Assembly (NCBI GenBank): GCA_964106915.2
Contig: OZ066914.1
DNA from: Podarcis gaigeae
Lineage: Eukaryota
Strand: one strand, 5' to 3'
DNA: 64,000 nucleotides
The notes under the pieces were generated by a model, which was given only the letters and a program-made list of their open reading frames with translations, searched no databases and was not told where the DNA came from. Shown in pieces: positions 36,849 to 48,046 of the stretch; the stretch's first letter is position 1; every line of letters starts with the position of its first letter. The translations under genes were made by a program, and so were the position numbers.

Positions 36849-37094
36849 TTCGTCCATAAAGCTGTATAAACAAATACCACATGAGTTTTGTCCACCAGAA
36901 TCCCAAATACCCAGTACTCCAAATTCTTTCCCATCCACTAGTTTGGCAATGTCTACATTCAACAACCAGTTTTCGTCCATAAAGCTGTATAAACAAATAC
37001 CACATGAGTTTTGTCCACCAGAATCCCAAATACCCAGTACTCCAAATTCTTTCCCATCCACTAGTTTGGCAATGTCTACATTCAACAACCAGTT
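36849..37094. repeat. Perfect 2 x 123-bp tandem duplication
   Basis: 36849-36971 appears identical to 36972-37094; the repeated peptides in the ORF track agree. Confidence 0.95.
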
Positions 37095-38865
37095 TTCCAT
37101 GTTCAGCAAGAGTCTTCTTTCTGTACATGGGATGTAAAAATAATAAATTCTCCTGCTAAAAAGAATATCAGTAGCATATCTGCCTCATAGAGCTCATAAC
37201 TTATTCTTAAGTGCTTTGCTAGTGCAGATCTGGCAAAACTGTAGCCCCCCCAACACTGCAGTGATCCAGTTGCGCACCACGAGTTGAGAATATTCAGAAT
37301 CCCTTGGTAGAAGAAAGCTTGCGGCTGTCTGCATCCTGCTGCCAGGGTAGATTTTTTTTGGACAATTTCAGATAACTGTGAGAGTAAGTTGCTGGAACTA
37401 GAGTTGTTTCAAAACGAATGAGTCACGGCAAATGCTGTGTTTCCATAGAAACTGGGTATATTGCTAAGGGCAGATGGTTGACTGCAATTTAAGCATGGTT
37501 ACAGCATTAGCTAATAGCTCAGAGGAGCAAAGTGTCTTGCTCTTTACCCCCACTGAGGTCAAGCATCTCCTCCAGCCTGGAGAGACTAGCAAAGAATAGC
37601 TGAGGCTGACTTTGCTGATCTGCTGTGCCCTGAATACTTCCTGATCTGCCTTGAAGATCATCTGCCCATATATGTCGTGTTTTGTCTGGTTACAGGAATG
37701 CGATTTGACTTGCTGCGCAATAAGCTTACAGCCATCTGGAAAATAAGGACAATGAAATAATTGTGTAAGCATTGAAGGAGAAGGGAAGAGGTCTTGTGCA
37801 AATCGCAGCTCCCTTCAACACTCAGAATTTGGACAAACACTGGTGAATTTTTTGGGAAATGTCCAGAGATTCCCTTAACGAAGCATGAGTGACATTCATT
37901 TGACCTTCTCTGACCATATATTTATTGAAATGCTAATATTGATCTCTGATATTAGCTGTAGCATTAGCTTTGGTCACAGTAACTTAACTTCTATTTGAGG
38001 GCTGATGTTTTCGACGGGTTGTTTTTGGAGGCACTTTCTGTTTCTTCTTGTTTCATGATAGAACTGTGTTCATGTCCTACCTCTTGAGAACAATGATTAA
38101 CCTTTCTAGTGATCTCATATATGCGGTTATTTATTGACCAGTGGTGTGCCTCCTTTGGTGGTGACTCTAATCAGGAGTCCATTAATGTTTAGTGAACATC
38201 CAAAATTCCAAAACTGTTGTCTTTCTCAAGCTAATAATGACATTTCTTCATGGAGTAGGTCCAAAAGTACTAGGAACTGAGTTCTTTTTAAACCCCAGAA
38301 CTCTTTGGCTGCTTTTTCAACATGCGTCACTCAAGGACAACCTGTCTATTGTTGAATCTGCCCCCTCACAGTTCTGCTTGTAGCACTGTGAAGAATCCTC
38401 ATGTGTGTCTCTGTTGTTGGTTTGATAGGCCAGTGGGGGAAGGAGTATTTGGGCACCCTTCCAGTGCAACACCTTGCTGTGCAAGCTGTTTGGCTATTTG
38501 CCAACTCTGCCAATGGAGCACAGGAAATGGGAGCCTTTAGAATCAATGCGTCAGGCAGGGGGTTGGTGTAATCTGTTGCATTTCCCTGCCGTTTTGGCTT
38601 GTATGCTACAAACAGAAAGCAACCAGGCCGTATTTGCACAGGAGGGGGAAATGGATGGAGTACAGCCAGTGGTGTTCCCCTAGCCAGCCCCCTCTCACCT
38701 TTGATATCAGGAAAGGTTCTTCTGGACAAGACATCTGTGGCAATATATAAAGAAGCAGCTTTGGGAGATGATATTGAAGATTGCTATGTATTTGCTTGCT
38801 TGATCTGTGAATTCCTGTGCTCTTCCTTCTGCTGTTTTTAGGAGAGCAGTTAAAGCTTGGAAAAC

Positions 38866-38998
38866 ATGGAGCAATATCCAGATCTGCAGGAAGACCTGAG
38901 TTTGGAGGATACCAATGAATCCCTTAATCAGCTCAAATTGGCCTCTCTAGATGATAAGAACTGGCCACCAGATGAAGTGCCTGTTTTTCCTAAGTCAG
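38866..38998 (+). CDS. ARHGAP1: ARHGAP1 exon 2 (start; MEQYPDLQEDLSLEDTNESLNQLKLASLDDKNWPPDEVPVFPKS)
   Basis: Acceptor at 38841, in-frame upstream stop, AACATGG Kozak context, G|gtgagt donor; LNQLKLAS.D.KNWP motif. Confidence 0.95.
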
Positions 38999-39751
38999 GT
39001 GAGTACTTTTACTAGCAATGAAGTGACTAGAAAGGAATCTATATGCTGCAGCACTAATCTTAAAATAACCTTTAATAGCTTTATATTTATTTGATTTATT
39101 TATATCCAGACTTTCAGGATAGGCAGCATCCAAATGATATCAAAATAATTAATAACATAATAAATAAATGGAAATAATTAATAACATAATAAATAAGTGG
39201 AAAAATAACAAGATTCAGGGTTCAGCAGGTTCTTTTCTGTTATGTTCTTGCATGATAGTTGGGGCCAGGGTAGTCTAGTGGAGCAGAGCACTCTCTGAGG
39301 TCTTTGCCTGTCTGCGTCTCTTTCCTCTTTAAGATGCTGCAGAAGTACTAGTTAGCCCCTGTATCTAAACTGGGATGTAGATCTTATCTAAATGGGGTGG
39401 TGAGAGCATGGAAGTATCTGTCTGTCTGTGCAGTGTAAATAGTTTATTCTAGTGGATGAATGTGGAATTCTGTAGTGGAGAATTTTAGATCATTGATTAC
39501 TTTCCACTAATAGTGTGTTTATACATTTGAGGCAAATATTGACAAATAAGCTAGCACGATTGATCTGAATGCATGCAATGTTTTGTATTGAACATAAAAT
39601 GAACAATTGCACAAAACTAATGCTATGCATCTGAGTTCCTTCTGGTTCCGTGATACACCTGATCCCTTCTCTGTGTTTTTGTATCTTCATATAGTTGTGC
39701 TGGTTTTTATGTTCTCTGCATTTTCCTCTCACCCTTTATTTTAAAATGTAG

Positions 39752-39844
39752 ATGACTTCAAGGGCTCCCCTGACCCTGTCACTCACTTACGATGGGATGA
39801 CCCATACTACGACATTGCTAGACACCAGATTGTGGAAGTGGCAG
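39752..39844 (+). CDS. ARHGAP1: ARHGAP1 exon 3
   Basis: DDFKGSPDPVTHLRWDDPYYDIARHQIVEVA; 93 nt. Confidence 0.96.
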
Positions 39845-41469
39845 GTAATGGGTTCTTTTCATTTCTTTGTCTTCTACTTCAGAAAGCATTTTGATACGGC
39901 ATAATGACTTGGGATATAGGGTCTATATTATTGTCTTGCCGTTTTGTTTTATTTATGTTCGTGTTTTTATCCTGTATTTTATTCTGTGAACTGCCCTGAG
40001 ATCTTATGATGAAGGGCAGTATATCAATAAAATAAATAAATAAATAAAATAAAATAAACCAGCAGTGGCCCAACAATAGGTTGGATCCCAAGTTGTCCTT
40101 TAGTGAATGATAGGATTCCTTCTGTTTGTAGAAGGAGCCAAGATCCAGCAGAGGCTCCTGCTGGAGGAAGGAAGCAGGGAGAAGCTGTTTTTGCCTGTTC
40201 CCCTTGCAGGTCACGACACAACTGTCCATGCTGTCCTGGAGGATTCTTTGACTCGTTGGTGCAGTTCTGCCCATGGGTAGTCTGGATCCAGCCAAATAGC
40301 TTGATTCACATAGTGGTCATCGTCATTGTGAAAATAGCAATTGTACAGAGGAAGATTTACTTTGAGATCCATGGGCCCATTAGAGTTATTTGATAGTCAC
40401 TTGAAGCAGCAATCTGACCCCAAATTTACAAACTACTTTTTGAACTCCTGAGTCAGATGTTGCATTGGCTAATAGTACCATGAGTTACTGAGGTTTGGTT
40501 GGCTGGGGTCTGGAGAAGGGCCTTTTCTATTGTAGCATCTGCTCAATGGGATGCATTCCAGGGTGGATGAGTTCCAAAAGTGGGATGTTTCCACCAACTG
40601 TTGAAGACCTGTCTCTTTCCCCTGGCATTTCCTGACAATGTCACCAGTTTCTGTTGTTCCAGTTACTGTGGTTATTGCAATAATGTTTTTACTTGATTTT
40701 AATTGTTTGTTTTACTTGATTTTAATGGATTTTGTGTATTGTGAACTGCATCAATATTTTTGCTAATGAAAAGTATCACATAGCTTTGAGAATACATTCT
40801 GATAAATAGTGACTATAGCATACTGGACTTAGAAGAGTTCAAATCCATGGTCTGCCATGAAGTCTACTAGATGACCTTGGGTCATTCATTGGCTTGTATC
40901 CGACTGAATCATACTCAGAATAATTTAATTCCATTGATTGCAGTGTGTCCACTGTCAGTATGACATAATCAGATAGAACCCATTATCCCTCATCCTGGCC
41001 TACCACATAGAGTTGTTATGAGAATAAATAGCAGGAAGGGAGGACCACAAACACGTATTGTACAACACCTTGAGTTCTTTGGAGAGAAGAAGGTGGGAGA
41101 AAAATAGGATGTGCAAACCTGAAAACTTATTCTCCCAAAGAAAAACTGTTTTAACTTGTTTGCAGGCTAGAAGAGACTCTGCATGTGTGCCTCTAATTTT
41201 CCTGAGCCGTGGCAAATCCCTCAACTGTCTGAACAAATCTGTCAACTTTAGGTGACTGCCAAGTCACACTTGATTCCAGGGCATCAGTGGGCAACCTGTG
41301 AACTTCCCTATGTTGCTGGACTCCAGCCCCAACCAGAATTGCCAATGGTAATGGAATATGAGAAATGTAGTCCAGTATCACCTGGAATGCCACAGGTTCC
41401 CCACTTCTCCTGTGGAGCATCCTGGAGTGTGGAATTGTGCCACAGCTGCAAGGAAAGAGTTAAATCTTA

Positions 41470-42643
41470 ATTATTTTTTAAAAAAACTTATTGATAAATG
41501 CAATACTTACAAACACAAAACAGAACGCTAAACAAGCTTATTATACATAGATACACACACCTCTCAATTTAGATTACAAAAAAGAAAACAAACAAACAAA
41601 ACATACAAACATAAATCTTGACTTCCCTCCACCTATGTGTGGCTTCTTTTATTTCTTTTCTTCTTTTCGCTGTGTTATCACTATTATTTTTGACTATCTC
41701 ATCTTATACCCATTTCTTCTTAATTTTTTACTCTATAAGTTTCATTCATTGCATATTGATATATTAATACCAGAACAATGTTTTTTGATGTATTCCTTCA
41801 CGCAAGTCCACTTCTCTATCAGTTTTTTGTCTGATTGGCCTCTTACCACTGCTGTAAGTCTTGCTGAATCTATATATTCACAAAATCTTATTTGCCATTC
41901 TCTTATTGAGGGAGTTTTTTCTCCCTTCCAATTTTTTGCTATAATCATTCTGGCCGCAGTGGTTGCATATAAGAAAACTTTTTTCCTAGTGGCAGGAATG
42001 TCAGTCGATATAATTCCCAAGAGGAACCCCTCTGGGGTTTTTTACATGATATTTTAAGCATTTTTTAAAGTTCCTCTTGAATGTCACTCCAATTTTTTTA
42101 ATATACGCATACTCCCACCACATATGATACATGGTTCCTATCTCTGTTTTATATCTTCAGCACAAATTAGATTTTGATTTATAAATTTTCGCCAATTTGA
42201 CCGCGGTTAAATACCAATTGATATATCATTTTCATTATATTTTCTCTGATTGTGACACAGGCTGTGAATTTGATATCATATTTCCATAATTTCTCCCATT
42301 GATCTAAACAAATCATGTGGCCTATATCTGTGGCCCACCTCTTCATCTTCCTTCTTCATCTTCCTTCACCTCTTCATCTTTTAATTCCTATTGTAATAAT
42401 AGATTATACATTTTAGATAATATCTTTTTAGGATTTTTTTTAAAAACTCTGTTTGTAATTTTGATTCTTCTTTGCCAAATCCGATAATCTTATCCTGCCT
42501 GAATAGGTGATCAATTTGATAATATTGTAGCCATGTATTACAATATTGGCCAAGTTCTTCATAAGATCTTAACCTTAATTGGCCTTGATCTTCTTTTACT
42601 AATTGCTGATATGTGACCCATTTGCCTTCCGTATTTTTCTTTT
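41470..42643 (-). mobile_element. Older decayed L1-clade LINE 3' fragment
   Basis: ORF 41742-42020 (FLYATTAARMIIAKNWK...EW) is paralogous to the end of the adjacent L1 ORF2; frameshifted upstream. Confidence 0.85.
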
Positions 42644-42663
42644 TTCTTTTTTCCTTACATTTC

Positions 42664-44645
42664 TTTTTTTATAATAATATTTATTAAGTTTTTGTTTACA
42701 CAATAAAAAACATACATAATAACATAGTATTTTCCAATATCCACATTTCATTCTCATCTTTGGACTTCCTCACATCTCTTGTTCCTGCATCCTAAACTCA
42801 TAAATTTTACTAGCAAATTATTAACTTGTTTCAATTCATATAATATATTTTTCCAATCTTAAATCTCAGATTTTAAAATTTAAATCACTCTTTTGGAGAC
42901 TTAGTTATAACAATTTATCCAAAATTTGTCTTTTCTTTCAATTACAATTAGATTTGTATTCCTTGTAACTAATTTGTTGGAGCCATTCTATTGCTAATCT
43001 TGCATCTTTCTTAACATTCATACAATTTACAATATTTTTGTAGATAGTCCTTAAATTTCTTCCATTCCTCCTCCACCAGTTCTTCTCCCAGATCTCGGAT
43101 TCTGCTAGTCATCTCCGCCAGTTCCATATAGTCCATCAGTTGCATCTGCCATTCTTCCAGTGTGGGCAAATCTTGAGTTTTCCAGCTTTTGGCGATGAGT
43201 ATCCTTGCTGCTGTTGTAGCATACATAAAAAAGGTTCGATCCTTCTTTTGCACACTCTGGCCGACAATGCCCAAAAGAAAGGCCTCTGGTTTCTTAGGGA
43301 AGGTATACTTAAATACCTTTTTCAGCTCATTATATATCATTTCCCAGAAAGCCTTCACTCTAGGGCAAGTCCACCAGAGGTGAAAGAATGTTCCTTCAGC
43401 TTCTTTACACTTCCAACATTTATTGTCAGACACATGATATATCTTTGCAAGCTTGACTGGAGTTATGTACCACCTATATATCATTTTCATAATGTTTTCT
43501 TTCAAGGCATTACATGCCGTAAATCTCAAACCTGTGGTCCATAACTTTTCCCAGTCCGCGAACATAATGTTGCGCCCTATGTCCTGTGCCCATTTTATCA
43601 TAGCTGATTTGACCGTTTCATCCTGTGTATTCCATTTTAGCAGCAAGTTATACATTCTTGAAAGTAACTTAGAGCTGGGTTCTAACAGTTCTGTTTCTAG
43701 CTTTGATTTTTCCACCTGGAATCCTAACTTTTTATCTGACTTAAAAGCTTCTTTAATCTGAGCGTAATGTAACCAATCTCGCACTTCCCCCTTTAATTTC
43801 TCCAAACTCTGCAACCTCCAATTGTCTCCATCTTTTTCTATTATTTCCCAATATTTTGGCCATTTGGCCTCCATATTGAGTCTTTTCGGGGCCTTAGCCT
43901 CCATTGGTGATAACCACCTTGGGGTCTTCTTTTCCAATAAATCTTTATATTTTAACCAGACATTGAAGACTGCTTTTCTGACAACATGGTTCTTGAAAGC
44001 CTTATGTATTTTAACCTTGTCATACCACAGATATGCATGCCAACCAAAAGCATTGTTAAATCCTTCCAAATCTAAAACATCGGTGTTTTCAAGAAGTAGC
44101 CAATCTTTCAACCAGCAGAAAGCTGCTGATTCGTAATACAACTTTAAGTCTGGCAGGGCAAAGCCCCCTCTTTCTTTAGCATCAGTTAATATCTTGAACC
44201 TGATTCTGGGCTTTTTGCCCTGCCAGACAAATTTAGAAATATCTCTCTGCCACTTCTCAAAACACCCCATTTTGTCCACAATCTGCAAAGTTTGAAACAA
44301 GAACAACATTTTTGGCAATACATTCATCTTAATAGCAGCAATACGTCCTGACAAGGAAAGTTTCAATCTTGACCAGACTTCTAGATCCCTTTTAATTTCA
44401 GACCAACATTTTTCATAGTTATCTTTAAATAAATTCATGTTCTTCGCTGTTATGTTTACCCCTAGGTATTTTACTTTTTTATCCACATTTAATTCTGTCT
44501 CTTTCTGAAACCTTTCTGATTCTAAAGAGGTCATTTCCCCCCCCAAAACCTTGGTTTTTTGCTTATTAAGTTTAAATCCCGCCACCCGACCAAACTCATA
44601 AATCAGTTGCAGTACCCTTTTGGTACTAGGCTCAGTACTAGGTCA
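42664..44645 (-). mobile_element. Young 5'-truncated L1-clade LINE (ORF2 C-terminal half + 3' UTR)
   Basis: Uninterrupted 524-aa ORF (43011-44585) with KYLGV, GG.ALPDLKLYY and CWKC...HLWWTC zinc knuckle; A-rich tail at 42664; 20-bp TSD ttcttttttccttacatttc at 42644-42663 and 44646-44665. Confidence 0.93.
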
Positions 44646-47067
44646 TTCTTTTTTCCTTACATTTCACTGACATTCCTGGGTTGTCCTGTATGGCTGCTTT
44701 ACTTACATTGTCTGCAGTTCAGTTACTGATTTTAGCAAACTTGGTTTCCTGCAAAGAGGAAATTTGCTGTGTAAATGATTGCTGGCAGATTGCTGGCAGT
44801 GCTGTTCAGAAACTGGAGGCAGGAATAAATGCTGGGAGTTTATTTATCACCAGCTTTTGCTATTGACCATTATGCCAGGTATCGCAACAGTACATCCTCT
44901 TGGCTATACAGACCATTATTCCTTATGCACATTGATAGCTACTGCCAACCAGTGCAATATAGAAGTGAAGACTGGTTAATTTATAGCAAGCAATTGGTCG
45001 TTAGAAAAGGGAAGAAATTGAAATGGCAAATGATCTGGAAGAAGTAGGAGCTGTGCTTAGCTTTTACTTACGCTTTTACTTACATTTTACTAACATCTGT
45101 GTGGAGTTCATCTCCTCCCTTCTTGGTAGTAATGTTTGTTTTGGGCTCTAAAATTACTGAATTCTCTGGAGTTTCTCTCCTCCAGACATTCTGGCTGCTC
45201 AGGATAGTTCAAGGAATGGTTATTTCCTCTGAGACAAAACACATCTTAACAGTTTTTGAACTTAGTTTTGATTTTCAGTGTGTGACCTGAGAAGTCCTCA
45301 GGATGGGATAGTTCTCTCCTCCCATTGCAGATACATTGAGGATATCTTTCTATTCCCTGGGATGGTGAATTGACATTAAACAATTTAATCAAACAAAGAT
45401 CCCCAGTGTTAAGTGACTAGATGAGTTCAAACAAGATATTTTCTGATACGCATTGTATTCAAATGTATAATAATAGCTCTATTGCTGACATTCCAGGATT
45501 TCAGCCAATTGAATGAGCTTCACTAACATCATGCCCAGCTCTGGCAGTATTGCACATTCATATACTTTGATAAGTAAAGAATTCCCTAACAACTGACATA
45601 TCCTTTTCCACTATTGATAACATTAGTTATTTCTTTGTTCGTATAGATGTATTTTGAAGTGCTTTCCCCTGTAGGACTATGTATTACTGAAGATTCATTT
45701 CACTTCATATTTTTTTAACTGGCAACCACATGCCTTAGATTCCTCTAACATCTATCACCCAGAGCGCTATACTGTGTTGGCTTCTGACATATTGAATGAT
45801 GGAAAAAATCTCTTCACTGTGGGCTCCCTTAGCTCTCAACATGGTTCTGTGAATTTTCAGTGCCAATTAGGCTTGTGGGTGGAGTTGCAGTGTGAGTGAA
45901 GAGCAAGCTGGAATTTAACTAATAGCTATATATCTTTAAAATGTGGATTGCATAGATGCATTTCTAGCACCACTAGTATACTCAGTATTTAGAGAATCAT
46001 CTCAGAAAGTAAAAGCTTTAAATACACATAAATGTGTAGGCTCTTTATTACTATACTTACAATAGAGGCACATCGGCAAGGGTTGTGTGGGATTTTATAT
46101 ACTGCCAATAGCCTCCATTTACTGAAATTCCCTGTTCAGAGTTCTTGTCCTAATTAGGAAAAGTTAATTTGTCCACTTTTTGCAAAAAATAAATAAATTA
46201 AAAAAGCACAACTAAACAAAATGACTGCAAAGAAATAGTTTGACTAGATGCTGTATCTGTTGGCAGCTATCAGTGTCTTGAAGGCATTTCAAGGCTGATT
46301 TTGTTTCTTCTATCTCCAGGTGACAACCTGAACCACTGCTGCTACTGATTGATAGCTTGCACAATGGAAGCAGGAGGCTCTTTTTAATCCTCTAACTTGT
46401 GCCCTTTCAGATGTTGTTGGACTCCCACCACAGCCAACAATGCCTGTGGTCACAAATGATGGGAGTTGTAGCTGTAGCTAAATATTAGGCTAGTCTAGGT
46501 AGATATGCAACTTCCTTGTTGAACTAGGGATGGTTGTCTGAGGCAGAGACGCAACCTGAACTTTGGGGAAATGTGGTCATTTCTGATACTAGGCAGTGTT
46601 GTAACTTTGGTTTCAAAGACAATGGAAATGCCATGTCCTTATCCCAAGTGATCATGCAGATTACATGCCATAGGCTATTCTGAATTTAACCTTTGGGACG
46701 CCTATCTTTTATTACTGTGGCCTTGGGGCCCTTGATATACCTTGACAATTCTGGGGTTCTCTGGAGTCTAGAAGTATGAAAGTTGCTGGAATAACTTGTG
46801 ATGGGGAGCATTGATTAGTAAATCTTTTGGTTTCCTTTCTTTGTTTGATTCTGCTTTAGGCTGAATTATTGGAAATGATTGTTAATACTTTTGAATTCAA
46901 TTATTTCAGTGTCTGATGAGCAATTAACATGCTGTACTCCAGTGATTGATTTGGGGAAAGCCTCTTAAGGCTTTCTTTCTGTGTTTTTGCAGCAGCATTT
47001 TTAAAACTGGGAGACTGCCATTGAGCATGTGCCTATGTGTTGTAGTGGGACTTTGAGACACTCTAGG

Positions 47068-47205
47068 TAAAGGATAGGGAACCTTTGGCTCTCTAAATGT
47101 TGTTGGTCTACATCACCCATCAGTCCTGGCCAGCATGGCCAATGATCAGGGATGATTGGGGTTGTAGTCCCAACAACATCTGAAGGACCCAGGTTCAGCA
47201 TCGTT
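47068..47205. mobile_element. hAT-type MITE family A (more diverged copies near 10550, 13495, 25953, 36095, 41282, 46400)
   Basis: gggaacct...tgttgttggtctaca...tgtagtcccaacaacatct...aggtt; TSD actctagg/gctctagg. Confidence 0.8.
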
Positions 47206-47881
47206 GCTCTAGGATCTGGCCTAGGGCTGTCCTTTGGCGATGTACATCCTTTTGCCTCAAATGGAGCATGCTTATTTTCCTGTAATCTACAGGAACTTCT
47301 CTTCCTGCTTCTGCCTCTCTATGTTTGCTGGCTTTTCAGAGGTATTGACCAAGTAATGAGGGATTTGATTTCCTGAATTATTGTTTTGTTTTTTTTTAGT
47401 TCTGCCAAGCAAGAAGCAGTCCTTGATTCCAGAAGTGTTAGGAACTGAAGTTATTTCTTAAACTCCCCTGTGACTGGCTACTCTTGGGTCTCAAAACTTG
47501 TGTGAAAGAGGAGTGGGACAGGTGGTGGATCTGAGTTCTTAAATCCTAGAGCATTCTATTTTCTATTTTCTATATATCAGGACCAATATTAAGGACCTTG
47601 AAATGGACATGGGAACATTCAGTTTTGTAACTGAAAATGGGTTCACTGACTTTTCAGTATTAGCAATATCCTGTTGTTTAAATGTCTGGTAGTATGAAAA
47701 AGCTATTGTTTACCTTTTCATGCATACCTTGTATGTGAAACCTGACATATAAAAAAGCAATAGTTCATCCAGATTGTAGCAGAGTCTAGAAAGGGAGGAG
47801 GGGGAAAATCAGCTTCTAGTTTTATCTAGTTAACAACTAGGTAATCATGTTTTTGAGCTTGTTGTAGTTGTGAGTGTATGC

Positions 47882-47884
<3 letters not shown>

Positions 47885-47912
<28 letters not shown>
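47885..47912. repeat. (TG)n microsatellite
   Basis: Direct read. Confidence 0.95.
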
Positions 47913-47913
<1 letters not shown>

Positions 47914-48016
47914 TGGAACTTTTCTGTCCAGCCCTTTCAGCTCAGTCCTTAAGATTATTCTGGTTAAAGGACTTTGGTTATTATGGTATAATGTAACTTT
48001 GTTTCTGTTCCTCCAG

Positions 48017-48046
48017 GGCAGGGTGCACTTGATGGGGTCCAGCCAG
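48017..48046 (+). CDS. ARHGAP1: Candidate 30-nt alternative microexon of ARHGAP1 (GQGALDGVQP)
   Basis: Strong acceptor tttgtttctgttcctccag, donor CAG|gtaggt, symmetric phase 1-1, no stop, fits between exons 3 and 4. Confidence 0.55.

Noticed and set aside
36732-37137. ORFs with an internal 41-aa repeat on both strands
   Set aside because: By-product of the 123-bp tandem duplication; no coding features.
43011-44585. 524-aa ORF as a host gene or domesticated protein
   Set aside because: No ATG start (GTG), 5'-truncated, bounded by a TSD and an A-rich tail: an ordinary young L1 copy.
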